Assembly: GCA_036172245.1 (NCBI GenBank)
Contig: JAYWIR010000008.1
Location: 992,001 to 1,056,000 of the forward strand
Length of the DNA stretch: 64,000 bases
Direction of reading: 5' to 3'
DNA from: Raillietiella orientalis
Taxonomy: Eukaryota
Below the pieces are notes generated by a model. That model worked only from the letters and a program-made list of their open reading frames with translations. It did not search any database and was not told the DNA's origin. Below are positions 33,320 to 46,100 of this stretch, piece after piece. Position numbers and translations under genes: made by a program. Each line of letters begins with the position of its first letter. The first letter of the stretch is position 1.

Positions 33320-36300
33320 CTCGCCGCAGGGAGCTCTCGGCATGCGGTTCCCTGCTATGCGAGGACAAGGGCTCGGAGGCGCGTCCGCCAATCCCTGAGA
33401 GGCGTCACCCTCCGGAATCTCGAGGATTGGGACGTTTTCAAGCGTTCGGTCCGCGAGTTCTGTGAGGAGTTTCCCCTGGGGCGCCTTCCCTCCGGGTTTG
33501 GGGAAGGAACTCGCAACGAAAGGGCGTATTTATACGCCCGTCGTTACGCGAGGACCCCCAACGTCCGTCGCCTGGCCGAGTACCGAGCCGGGGCTGAGCG
33601 CCAAGCTTGGCAGTCCGGGCCGCCCACCCTGCTGGACGACCAGGACCGCGAACACTCGGCCCCGTCAGCGATTCGACACATGCTGAGAAAATTTTATTCC
33701 TCCCTGTACGCCAGGGCGCCTCACGGGCGGGACGCCTCGCGACTGTTGCTCCCGGCAGGAGCCCCGGCCATAAGGGAGGAAGAGAAAGAAAGCCTCGACG
33801 AGCCTTTTACGACCGGTGAAATCTTTACCGCGATTAAAGGGCTCAAGAGGCGGAAAGCACCAGGGGAGGACGGCCTGCCCGCGGAGTTTTTTCAAAGCTT
33901 CGCGGCAGAGTTGACCCCTTTGGTGCACAGATTGACACAGCTGATCCGGGAAGAAGGCGATGTTCCCGCCTCGTTGCGGTCAGCTAGGATGAGGCTCCTT
34001 CCTAAGGGAGGAGACCTCCGTAAGCTAACCAACTGGCGTCCGATCACTGTCGCAAATACGGACGTCAAGTTGGTCGTGAAACTGTGGGCTGCGCGGCTCG
34101 GACAGGTAGCCGAATCCGTAATTAGCCCGGAGCAGACTTACGCTGTGCCCGGGCGAAGTATGGAGGCTAACCTTTTCTTCGCCAGCACATGGTTCCATGT
34201 GGAAGAAGAAATAAAAGAACGCAAGGGATCTCTCGGCAACCCCAATCTAAGGGTGACCGCTGGTCAGGTTGGGGACAGCCGGGCGGGTAAGGGTGCCCTA
34301 GCGATCGCAGTTGATCTTCATAAAGCGTTCGACTGCGTGGACCAGGAGCTCCTCCTAGAGCTTTTGCATCGCATGGGCTTCCCACCTACCTTAACGGCGT
34401 ACCTACGCTCCTGCTGGCGCGCCGCGCTAACAAACATCTGTTTCAGAGGGCAGAACGTGTACGGCGTGCCGGTGAGCCGCGGGATTCGGCAGGGTGATAG
34501 CCTCAGTCCCCTGCTCTTTAGCACCTACTTCGAGTTGGTGCTGAGAGCATACAGGATGACTTTGGCTGCCTTGCCAAGCTCGTGCCCCGGCACGCCTGCC
34601 GTGTCCGCATATGCCGACGATCTCCTGCTCCTGCTCCCAATGTCCGCCCCGGCAACGGCAGTCGAATATTTCTTCGACCTGCTAAGCCGTGGGACAGGGC
34701 TACGGGTCAACAGGGCAAAATCGTCGATGGTGACAGTTGGAGCGACGTGGGTAGGACGGCCTGACTGGATTTGCCTGGGGATCCCGACTGGCACACATCT
34801 GAAGTACCTTGGCGTTCCGCTGGGGGACTTCTGCCCGTCAGAAGCATGGTCAGGCCGTCTTCAGAAAGTGGATTTGGCGATCCGCCCGTTCCTGTAGGGC
34901 AAGTTCCAATTGCCGGAACGGACCGCAGTATGGAACGCTTTTGGGGCCCCCATCCTTCTCCCCCTACTTTTTGTTTGCCCCGTCCCCAAAGAAATAAAAA
35001 AGAGGACAAACGATCTCCTGCGCATCGCCCTTTGGGGCAAGGGGAGGCCCCGAGTCCCTTTGATGGACTTGTGCGCTCCGCGTCGTGATGGTGGTCTAGG
35101 CCTCTGACGCTGGAGCGCATGGAAATTCAGCTGCGATGGCGAACCTTGGCCATCGCAGCCAAGCTGTGGAGCACCCCCTGGTGTGCTCCCGCCCGCCTAC
35201 TCGCCAGACGTGTATCCGGAACGGGAGGACTCGCATCTCTTCTTTTATGTCATGGAAGGAAGACAAGAAGATGCGGCCTTCTCCTCGGACGAGTAGCCAC
35301 CCTGGCGAGGGAGAATGCGTGGATGATCTGCAGCCCCGTCAACTCAGCGCATGGCTGGAAGAAACAGTTGGCACGTGGGCGGTAGTGAATCAGAGGAGCC
35401 ACGAGACATGGAATAGCCTGCGACGCGGCCGATACCCCCGCTGCACTCTACGCGAGATCGTGGAGTGTCCAGCCAGAAGCACGTGGGCAGAGGCGACCTG
35501 CCTGGCGACGGTGCTACCCTTCCTACGTAGGGCAATCGTCAGCAGCCGCACGCCGAGGTGGCAAGTCTCTTGCCGTATCGCAGGCAGCGAAAAACTGTTG
35601 AGCGGTTGGACAATGGGACAGCTAGCGGACGCCACAACCCATAGCGTCCTTCCGCAAGGACTCAAAAAATGGGGCGAGCTGCTCGGCATCACGACTGATG
35701 ACCTGAAGTGGCCCCCAGTAATAACTGAAACAAGGATCCTTCCCCTAAAATGGCAGGATTCGGCGCTGATGCTGTTGCACTGGGGACTCCCCTGCAATGC
35801 ACGCCGTCATCACTGGACACGGGGAAGTGTGAACGCAAACTGTGCCCGGTGCGGGGAGCGGGAAACCCTCCCGCACCTTCTAGTTGAGTGTGCTGCCCTC
35901 CGGCCCCTGTGGGAACGTTTCGGTTCCACCTTAGGGATCCTGGAAGGTAGCCTTCCCAGAGACGTTTTTCGGCTCCTCTTCGTGCGGGACGCCCTGCAGC
36001 CAGCCGCTGTAATAGCAGCTCTCTGCTGAGTTCGCGGTATGGTGGCGGCTTGGAGTGGATCCGACGAAGCAGAGGATGTTAACGGAAGGGACGCCATGGA
36101 GTTTGCTGCTCGCTTTCTGCGGATAGCATCCCGATGGCCCCAACTGGGAAATCTGTACCAGGACCTCGTCGGCATCCTGCAAAGGATGGAAGCTCCACGC
36201 AACGGGCAGTGATCCCTTCCCGGCCCTCCAATTGACAAGTGTTTGTACTTTTTGTTTTTTTTTATTTTTGTTTTTCCCCCAACCCCATCCGTTGCCGTGG

Positions 36301-36423
36301 AGTGTCAAGTCGGTCCACGCTCCGACCACCCGACATCTCCAGAGAACCATTGGCCGCAGCGGGGCCTTGTACCGCAAATTCTGTAAGTTTTTCAATAAAG
36401 GCCCCGGCTTGACCGGGTGAAAA
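33320..36423 (+). mobile_element. Tx1/L1-clade non-LTR retrotransposon, 5'-truncated copy 3 with complete RT domain, inactivated
   Basis: The frame is open from ~33320 (EDWDVFKRSVREFC, MLRKFYSSLY), then KAPGEDGLPAEFF, NWRPITVANTDVK, DLHKAFD, GIRQGDSLSPLLF, AYADD, KYLGVPL, CARCGERETLPHLLVEC. TAG at 34895-34897, frameshifts at ~35105 and ~35345, AATAAA 36394-36399. No endonuclease or ORF1 recognised. Confidence 0.95.
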
Positions 36424-37696
36424 CGGAAAGCTCGGAGGGCCGTAGGCGCGGCGGCCTCGGGGCGACTCGTGCCACGGCCTCTCCACGAATGGGGAGACGT
36501 GAGCGCGCGCCACTCGTTCGACGCTGGAGGGAAGCACTGCAAGCGGGCGGGCGGGTCGCTGCCTCGCTCCGGCGTGCTTTATCCACGCGAGCGGACACGC
36601 AGAAAATCCGTGTCCCCCTCCCCCTACCCATGCGCGCCTCTAGCCGTGGGGGCCAAGCCAGCGCGCACGGGAAGGAAGGGTGCGGGAGAGGCAGCTGTCC
36701 GACCCTCGCCGGCGTCGGATCGTCGGTCGAGGGGTGGCGCCTGGCTCCGCAGAGGCGCAACTGCCTCACCGAGACTGCCTCGAGGCAAGAAGAAGCGACT
36801 GATCTTCCGGTCTTATAGCACCGGAAAAATCGCTCGCCAACGCCCGAAGGGAAGAGGGGGAAAGGGGTCAAGAAGGAGCCGTCTCCGAGCCCATGCCCTG
36901 AGGGGTTTCCTGGACGCACGCCCTCTGCCTTGAGGCGGACCCCGTGCGGATGACGCGCAGCTGGGAGACGAAAAGGGCCCGAGGGCACACTGCTGGCCTG
37001 GAGATACCCGGAAGGGAGCAAGGAAGAAGCGCAACGCGGAAGGAAGGGAAGGGACCGAATTGCGTGAGGCAGGCCGGCAGGGCGCGTGCCCCGAAGGGTC
37101 CTGCAGTGCTGGAGGCGCCAGAAACCCATGCGCCTACTCAGGCAGGCCCTGCGCCCGCGGAGCGAAGGGGTCCCTGGCCAGGTCGTCGCCGTGCGACTCC
37201 TTCCGGGGACGTTCGGCGCGCCTCACGATGGAGTCCCTCGAGGACGCGACCTCGGGGACCCGACACCAAGGATCCCAGCGGGGGGTGATCTACCGACCCT
37301 CCCCTGGACCCCCGCGACCCCTTGGGACTTACTCAAGACGTCTGTCCGGATGGTGGGCTCCTGGGCCTCCAGCAAGTCTTGGTGGGGTGGGCAGCAGGAG
37401 GTTCGCGTCGACCTTACTGTGGAGGGTCAAGCCGCTCCCCTGAGACGGTCGCAGGAGCGGAATGGCCGCCGACCTGCGGCCTCCTGACGCCGAGGGCGCC
37501 TCGCTTCCACCACTCTCGCCCAGCACGGTGGACCATCCGCCGTGCCCGGGGCGGCGGCGCGCCACCCATGCCTCCCGTGGGCGATCTCATCGCCTCCCCT
37601 CGGAATGGAGCCCCCTGAGGACCCCCTCCACAGAGCGGCGTGGTTGATCTGCCCGCGCAACCATCTGCAGACTCCTGCCCTATCCGTGCTGGGCAT

Positions 37697-37734
37697 CCTT
37701 AGCCTATCCTCGGCAGTCCGAGGATAGGCTAAGG
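37697..37734. repeat. Perfect 17-bp inverted repeat, 4-nt loop
   Basis: CCTTAGCCTATCCTCGG-CAGT-CCGAGGATAGGCTAAGG. Confidence 0.95.
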
Positions 37735-39711
37735 GTAAGCTATCCGAGGGACGCACGGAGAGTTCATTCAAACTGCCCCAGCTGCACGCGTGCGCACCGC
37801 CCTCTCCTCCCCCTCTCCCTTTTCCCTATCGTGTGCATCCACTCCCTTCCAGAAGGGAGCGGGAAGGGGCGGCGGATCGCAGTGCTGCCGTCACCGGTAC
37901 GGAGAGCTTCTGCAGCAGGCTCGAGGTGCCTCCGCCAGAGGCGCTCACGGCAGCCATCCGCTGCGCGCAAGCGCGCTTCTCCCCCCCCCCCTCCTCCTCC
38001 CAACATCACCCTCGAGGTCCGGAGAAGGCAGGGGCGTGCACCCTCCCCTGCGCACGCCTGTGTTATCTGCCACTGACGTCATCGGGGACTGCGAGCGACC
38101 GGCAGAGGCGCCCGTCTGCCCGCCTGACCCCAGCTCGCCCACGTGACCCCGCCGGGACATCCCGCAGCCGGGGTGAAGGGGCAAGAGAGGGCTCCGGGAG
38201 TTTCAGGAGCGACGCTTCCAGGCGGCTCCGGATGCCGCCCGCCGCGTGCGGCCGCGCGGCCTAGGGGAGGGCCACGGGCCCGGATGAACTCTCGTGAGGG
38301 CGGTGCGCTCCCCGAGGGACGTCTCGCCAACTCCGTTGCGCGAAGATTCCCTTTGGCGCTCTCTCCAGGAACGGTGGGGGTGGGGGGTCAGTCGCGCGAC
38401 GAGAGAGTCCCGGAGTGCATCGCCGAACGGGAGGCGGCCCCCCGTCCTGGCACAGTCGGAGGGGAGAGAAAAAGAGGGTGGGGACTACCCTGCCCGGAAG
38501 CACAGCAGACCAATCCCTATGATTGAAGGGAGTCACCTCCTCTCCACACTTTCACCCCACCGGCCGGCGAGGTTGCCTTCTGCGACGGGCAGGGGGACGC
38601 AAAGAGCCAGAGGCGCCGCCGCCGCGCCGAACTTTGACTCCTCTTTCTGGAGGCGCATAGCAGCTGGAACAACTCCGATCTCTTCCCCGCCCTCTCCCCC
38701 GGCAACGCCGACTCCTGCACTAAGCCGCCGGGCAGCGGTTCTGCAGGGCACTCTCCACGCAGGAGCGACACCTGGCGGGTCAGCGCGTCGCCTTTGCAAA
38801 GCGCTGCTGCCGCGCCTACACCTCAGGGCGTCCCAGCCGTCCCCTCGCGGAGAGCCGGCACACCTCCTTTCCTCCGCACCGGAGGCGCGCCACGTGCCGC
38901 TGCCGAGTTGGCGCTCCGAGGGACCAGCTGCGGCGCCCCCTCCTTGCGATCACGGTCGGCGGGAGGCGCTTCCGTAGGCGCCGCCGGCGGTTGGCATTGG
39001 GAGGGAATAAGGGAGGCGGGAGGGTAACCTTGGCGATCACCCTCGTCCGGAGCCGCGCGCGATCGGAGGAGGAGGAAGCGATTGCGGTCGCGTGGAAAGA
39101 CAGTCAGAGCATGACTCGCGAGGCCATCGCCGCGGGCTGCAGCAGCACTTTCGTCGTCGGCTCCCTTCCGGGAAGGAGCGCGGAAGGAGGATGAGTAAGG
39201 GAGGAGGCGGGAACAGCCCACTCTGCCACCTCCATCGGAAAGCTGGGCATTGCTTCTTCCCCCTCCCCGTTTCCTCCCCCAGACTCCGATGCTTCGTGGC
39301 GATCACGAGGCGGCATCGAAGATGCGGATGCAGTACGGTCTCATCCGTCCCGTGCGCGTCTTCGCGAGGAGTCGGCTGCGCGCCGCTCGGACCGCTTCGC
39401 ACGCGCCTCTCCACGGCCGCTCCCGCTGAGGAGGCGCTGGCGTTGCGACGAACGTCACGTGCTTGACAACGCGTCACGTGATGCCACTCAATTTGTTGTG
39501 CTCGCGGTAAGCGACCGGACCAAAGGCAAGGACCTGGCGTGGTTTCAGCCCGTTCCTCAGAGCACCCAGACTGTACCCTGTGCCTGTACCTGGTGACGTG
39601 TTCCCGTGTCGGCTCCGTCTCCTCCTTCCCGCGTTTCCACGTGCCTTGCCCGTTCCCCTTCCCACCTCTCGTGCCTTCCGTTCTCCTTTCCAGCCCCATT
39701 ACAGGCGAGTA

Positions 39712-42700
39712 ATGAAGTCATGGCTCTGGAGCTTGGTGCTGCTGTGCGGGTATGGCTTTTTCAAGGAGATGCGGCCATCCGAGCCGTATCTCACAGAGTA
39801 TCTCGTCGGCCCTCACGTGAACTTGACCCAGGATGAGGTGAGTGGAAAACCAAAGCCGGCGGCGCCCCCGCTTCGCGCCTTTCCCTTTCACTTCCGGCAG
39901 GCGTTCGAGACGCTTCCTGTGCGCCGCCTGGCTGCAGCAGGGACGATCCAGAAAGAGGAATGGTGGCTCGCTACGATCCATCTTCACGAGAGCCTTCCAG
40001 GATGCGAGGGGAACGTGCAGGAAGCGTGGTGAAGGGTTCTAGAGTTCCTTCCTGCTCGCGCACCTGCGCCGCGGCGGTTTCTTCCCTCCTCTCCCCTCCT
40101 CCTCGTGATGAAGGCACGAGCAGCAGCAGTAGCAGCAAGCTGCACCTCAGAGTTCCAGGCACAGAAGCAACTGCCCGAAGAGAGGGTGCATGCGCCATGT
40201 TGGGGGAAGGATTCTCCCCGGAAACTGCTCCTGTTGGGTTCCATCTCTCCGTCCTCCCAAAGGTCCTCTCCGTTCCCTCCCACCTTTCCAGTCCCATTCT
40301 TCCATGACACTGAAGTCCGCGATGCCTCCGTTCCAGGTGTACCACAAGGTGTACCCTTTGTGGACTTACTCCGGCCTGTGTCTTCTTCCCGTGATATTCC
40401 TTTTCACGGACATATGCCGCTACAAGCCCGTGCTCATCCTGGAAGGGGCCGCCTATGTGACCACTTGGGTGATGCTCGTTTGGGGCAGGGGACTCTTCGC
40501 CATGCAGGTAACCTCTGCCAACATCAGGAAGCTCGTCTTCTCGTGGGAGCGCGGGAAACGCGGGGGGAAGCAGCGGCGTAACTTCGGTCCGCTGCCGCCA
40601 GATGTCGAGCGAGACCCGCCGTCGTGTGGGAGAGCATCGATCTGTTCCCGTGCAAATGCCGAGTCCCTTTCCTTCGCTTTCGCTCAGCCCCCCCCCCCTC
40701 TTCCCTCTCCTCTCCTCCTCCCCGACGCTCCGAATGGTCGCCGGGCGCTGCTCGCATCCTGCGTGCTGCTTGGCGCCGGCCCAGGGTGGTGGCTATCGGG
40801 CCGGCGGCGAAGGAAACCGCCACGCCACGCGCGGATTCTTCTTGCGCGGGCTGGAACCCGGGGCAGGACTTCCTCTGCGAGGAGTCCCTCTTCTCGTGGC
40901 GGCTGCCGTGTCGCGACGCGTTCCAACCGCGTGCCCGGGTAAGGACGCCTTTCCCGAAGATCCGCACCGGAGCACACGCTCGGCGAGGGATCTTCCCACG
41001 TGGCAGCAGCAGAAGCACCGTCGACTCTCCTCGGTCTTCGCCGCTCCCCCCACCCTTTCCCTCTTTTTCTTATCGCTTTTTCCCGTGCTCGAGAGGCCGA
41101 GCCCTCGCCGAGTCCCTCGATCCAGGGGAGAACAAAAGGAGATTCGGTGAAGGACAGTCGGAAGGGGTCCGTGGTCCTTAAACGTTGGTCATTGTCGTTC
41201 CATGGTCGAGCGGTAAATGTCGTGAGCGGCCAAACCCTCCGGTGTCCAGCAGCCGCTTGACCGCTCCGTGCCGGCGCCGTTTGTTTTCTTGTGCGTTCGG
41301 CCGATGTTCCATAGGAAACAGGAAAACCCATGACTCCTTCCTTACCTCGGCTTTGGCTTCTCTGTTGGCTGGGGAGGGAGGCTGCAGCACATGAACCGGC
41401 GGCCCTCTCCTCCCCTCGTTTCCTCTTCCGGAAGTGCGTGGGAGCAGCGGACCTCGGGAGTCGCCTGGGATAAGCAAGAAAGGCGTCGGGGACGGTGGGC
41501 GGGGGAGACCGGGAGGGAAGGTGCCGTCGGCTTTGGGGTCCGCCGTTCCCAGCCTGCAAGCGTGGCCTCGTCCCCTCCGACTGCGGGTTGGGTCGCCTCC
41601 ACCGCGCCCCCACCGTGGCACTTCGTCCTCTTCCACCGGCAGGGGACACGGGAGTGGGACGTCGAAGGGGGCCTCCTCCCCACCCCCGTTTCTTTTTCCG
41701 GCCCCACTCCCTCTCCCCTCCTCAGATGATGCAGTTCGTGTACGCCGTCGCCACGGCAACGGAGATCGCCTACTACACGTACATCTACGCGAAGGTCGAG
41801 AAAGAGAAGTACAAGACGGTGACGAGCATGACGAGGGCGTCCTTCCTGATGGGGCAGTTCATCTCCGGATTCCTGAGCCAGATCCTGGTGTCCACCAAGA
41901 TCATGGACTACCGGTCCCTCAACTACGTGTCGCTGTGCAGCGTCTCCATCGCGTTCGCCATCACTTTCATGCTGCCCAGAGTCCGGCATAGCATCTACTT
42001 CCACCGGGAGGAGGCGGACGCGGAGAAAGCGAACGGTGGCAAGGATTTGCAGCAGAAGAAGGCGAACTGGAACGTCGACGGCAGCCTCAAGAAGCCGCCG
42101 CTGCCGGAGGTGGAGGAGGAGGGAGGGTATGGGGCGGGCGGCGGCGTGAGGAAGAAGAACCCGTTCCTGCTGCTCGCTGAGGACTTCCGGTTCGCCTACA
42201 GCAACGCGCGCATCCTCCGGTGGTCCCTGTGGTGGGCCGTGGCCACAGCCGGCTTCTTACAGGTCGGCAACTACATCCAACCGCTGTGGAAGACCATCCA
42301 GGCGAACGCCGACGTGGTGTACAACGGCCTCGTGGAGGGCATCTCCACGCTTATGGGTGCGTGGTGCGCGCTCGCCAGCCCCCTCCCTTCCCGTCCGGTG
42401 GCGCCGACGCCGACCCGCCCTCCCCTCTTCGCTCCCTGGCGGCAGCGTCTCTCACTTCTCCGCGCGGTTGCAGGTGCCTCCGCGTCCCTTCTCTTCAGCT
42501 TCCTGTCCGTCGACTGGGACGTCGCCGGCGAGCTGTGTCTTTGCCTCAGCACCTTTCTGCAGGCTGGCATGCTGCTGATGATGGCTAAGGCGCAGCAGAT
42601 CTGGGTGTGCTACGTGGGCTACGTGGTGTTCCGCACCTCCTACCAGTTCATGATCACCGCAGCCAGGTAGTTGCTGCTGACAAGGCACACCTTCTAGCGG

Positions 42701-43158
42701 GGGGGAGGGGGGAAGGGAGCGCTTCGGGGGGGAGGGGGTCGTCGTCGTTGTCGGCGACACCCCCGTCCTCTTCCACTGCACCCTCTTTTCTCAGCTACCA
42801 GGTGGCGCAGAGCCTGAAGAGTGACAGCTACGGCCTGATCTTCGGCATCAACACGTTCGTGGCGCTGGTCTTCGGCACGGTGCTCACTGTAATCGTCGCT
42901 GACGAGGCTGGGCTGGCACTGCCGCCGAGGATCCAGGTAGGGCTGCGGGGTCGCCCGACCGGCACTCCTTTCTCTCCTCTCTTCCGGCAGTTCCTCGTCT
43001 ACAGCGCCTACTTCGTGGTCTTGGCGGTGATCTTCATGGTGTTCTTCTGCCTGTCCATCCGCAAGCACGGGAAACTGTCGTTCTGCCGCAGTGACCACAA
43101 CACCGCCGACCTGAACCGCGGGTCGGCCGCGAAGCTCGGCGCCCAGGAGACGTTTTGA
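39712..43158 (+). CDS. SLC19A: SLC19 family thiamine/reduced-folate transporter, ~476 aa; exons 39712-39837, 40337-40507, 41726-42356, 42474-42666, 42795-42936, 42991-43158
   Basis: Family motifs [90 protein letters not shown]. All introns are GT-AG and phase-consistent. AATAAA 43309-43314. Paralog not resolvable. Confidence 0.95.
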
Positions 43159-46100
43159 CGTCCCCCGCGCTCGCTCGCGATGAGTGGCAGCAGCAGCATC
43201 CCGGACGCCGCTCCGCCTCTACATCTCCTCGGTCGCCCGTGGCCGCTCATTCCCATGCCCCTCGGCTTCCCGTGGCCGCAACCCCCTTCGATCGAGGGGA
43301 CGTGGAGAAATAAAGCAATGTGGAGCGGCGGAGTTGCTCTGGTCCTCGAGAGGAAAGAGCTGCACCTTGCCCCTTCTCGTGCTGCCATCTCTGTTTGCCC
43401 GAGGGGAGCTGCGTGCGCAGCCCTCAGTCCGCAAGGCGTCGGGGTAGGGTCCTTTTGGGGAGACGTGTGGAAAGGCTCCCCGTGACATCAAGGAGAGAGG
43501 GAACTCGTTCATACGCAGTATCCCTTCTCCCCCTTTTCTCAGAACGAGCTCCACTGAAGGTCGCGGATGCGAAGAGCACGTCTCCCTGGCGACGAGGGAG
43601 GCAAGGGGTGGGGGGTGGAGTCCACAGAGAACGTTCCGCAGTCCCTTCTGACTGCCGGGGTCTTCCCACGGAGACGCGAGAGCGGCCGCGGGGCGGGGGG
43701 GAGGGAGGGTTGCGTGATCCTCACGCGTCGCGGATTCCCCGACCCTTTCGATCAGCCGCTCCTGGGATTCTCCCGCCACCGTGCTCTTGCGTTCCTCCTC
43801 TCCGGGGAGCAGGCGGTGCCTGGGAGCGCGTCGGCCCAACTCCGCGAGCTGACAGTGCGGACAGGGAAGACAAGCAGTCTCCTCCCCGGCCGCTAGGGCA
43901 TCAGGGGAGGAGGGGTTTCCTCGGAATAAGGTCCGGGTTGCCGCGATCACGCACGCAGGCGGCTTTGTCCTCCCCCGGTGCTGCTGCTGCCGCCACCGCA
44001 TCTCCCGGGATCTGGGAGAGGGGCAGGGGCGGATCGGGCGTACATATGGTCATCTCTGCGACTGGTGCCTCCGGTGAGGATGGCTTAAGGGAAGGTTGGA
44101 GAAGCCGCCTGAAGGAGCGGTTCGGTATTTCCCCTCCCGGGGGGACCCACTGGGTCGCATCCGCTCTCTCGAGGCGCAGAAAGGTTCATTCCGTGTGAGT
44201 GGCACGTCGATGGCATCCGCCTCGAGTCGCGTACGTGACCGCCGCTGCGGTCACGTCCGCTGGTTCCTCTCCGAGAGCCCTGAGGCCCTGCATCCCCGGG
44301 CGAGCACTGGGGGAGGGGAAGGAGGGAAGGGGGAGACATGTGGCGTCCGGACCGCCAGTGAGGGACTTATCCGTGCCTGTCGGGCCGCCTCTTTTCTGCC
44401 GGTCCGGCGCTTGCCGCAGCGCGGGACTCCTGGGTTGGAGGGGTCGAGCGCGAGTAAGTGTGTCCCTCCCCTGCCCTGCTCCAGTCCCTTCAACCGGGAC
44501 CGTCCAGCTCTGTCACTCCCGGAACTTCGAGAGCTCCGGGTGGCGAAGCGAGCGGTGTTCCAAGGGTAAGCCCTGAAGACGGGCGGGCGGTGTCCGCTCT
44601 CGCGGGACGTCTGCGGGAAGGTTGCTGCCGCCGTCAAGTTGCTCGGACTTGGAGCGGCAGGATGGGCGCCGGGCGCGCCCCCTGGTGGTGTCGTCACGGG
44701 TCGTGTTGTGAGAAGGGGGGGAAGGAAGCCAAGGTCACTGGCGCCGACCGGAGGCCGGATCCCTGGGGGCGGCGCAGAGAGCCGTCGGAGGAGGAGGCGT
44801 TCAAGGATCGCTTCGCGCGTCGCCTAGGAGCGTTCCTCCTGCCAGCCACCTCCGTCGCATTGTCTCCTTACCGTGGCGCTTTGCGTCCAGGTCCGGTTCT
44901 CGGAGTCTTCCCTTCACCGCGTGCCGCTTTGCCCGCGAGGCAGACGCCCCCGGTGCGGGGCAGACGGCTCCTCTGAGCCGGCGTCCCGTGGATCTTCTGC
45001 CACTGCGGACAGGAGGCGGATGTTCCTTCGGCTGATTGCGTAAGCCGTCCACCGGAAGTAGTGGGCGGCATTGTTGCCGCCGTTCTTCCCCCCCTCTTCC
45101 TCCTCCTCTTCTTCCATCCTCACGTCGCCGTCAGCGATGAATGCATCGTGGGGACGCGTCGCAGGTCGCTCTTCTACGGCTTGTCCACGCTGCACAAGCG
45201 GCGCGTGGACGCCAGCCGGCCACCATGCGGGAGCGACGAAACGATTGCGACGTGCACTGTGCCAGGAGTTCGGGGTGGGACTCGTCCGTCTGGAACCACT
45301 ACGCACGCAGCAGGGTCCTTCAGGACCGACTTAGGACTGCGGGAGCGTAGCGACTTCAACTGCGCAATGACCCTCAGACGGTGCTGAAGGATGGGGGAGG
45401 GGCGAACAGAAAAAAAAAACAAAAATACGCATGTCTGAGGGGGAAAAAAAGGTCTCGATAAGGAAAACAAACAGCGAAGCGGATTTGCGCCAGCTAAAGT
45501 CCGCTTCACTGTTTGCCTTCAGGAACCCGCGGCTCTCTCGGAAGATGGATGCGGACGGCAGTGAAGAACGGTGCGAGGGGTAACCGGGCGATCGACCTTC
45601 CACTGAGGCAGCAGCGGGGGGAAGAGGAGGGGCCTGCGCCGCCCGAGGTCACTCACCTCTGCTTGCGTGGAGTCGGTCGCGGCAAGGACTCCTCAGCCGG
45701 TTCAGCTCGCGCCTGAAGGCGCGGCGTGCTCTTTCGGCAGATGCCTGGCGACCTTCGCCGGTGCCTCCTTCGGCGCGCTTTGGCTCGAGGGCGTTTCCCC
45801 TCTCCTCATCCGAGGGCATGCGGGGTCTGCAGTGGAACGGCGGAAGCCGCGATGCAAGATGGCTGCCTTCCACGCACCGGGGAGCGAATTCCGAAGCATC
45901 TCGAGAGCAATGCAGACTCCGAAAGGCGAGGGGTCGACGAGGCATTCCGGGTTTGTCGCCGTTGGCATCGAAGGGTCATTACAAATCCGCTCGCGTTTGC
46001 GGAGTTGTTCGCTGGCAGCCGGAAACACGTGGCGGGCGGGTGGTTAGGACGCCGTGCGGATGCTCTCAGCTGACGTCCCTCGACCTACCGGAACGAGGAC

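Noticed and set aside
33310..33325. Possible TSD for LINE copy 3 (ACGGGTAACTCG vs ACGGAAAGCTCG at ~36423)
   Set aside because: Too many mismatches to call.
33320..36423. Keno-type U2-specific identity for the Tx1-like copies
   Set aside because: None of the three 3' junctions is followed by U2 sequence, and copy 1 has a non-U2 TSD.
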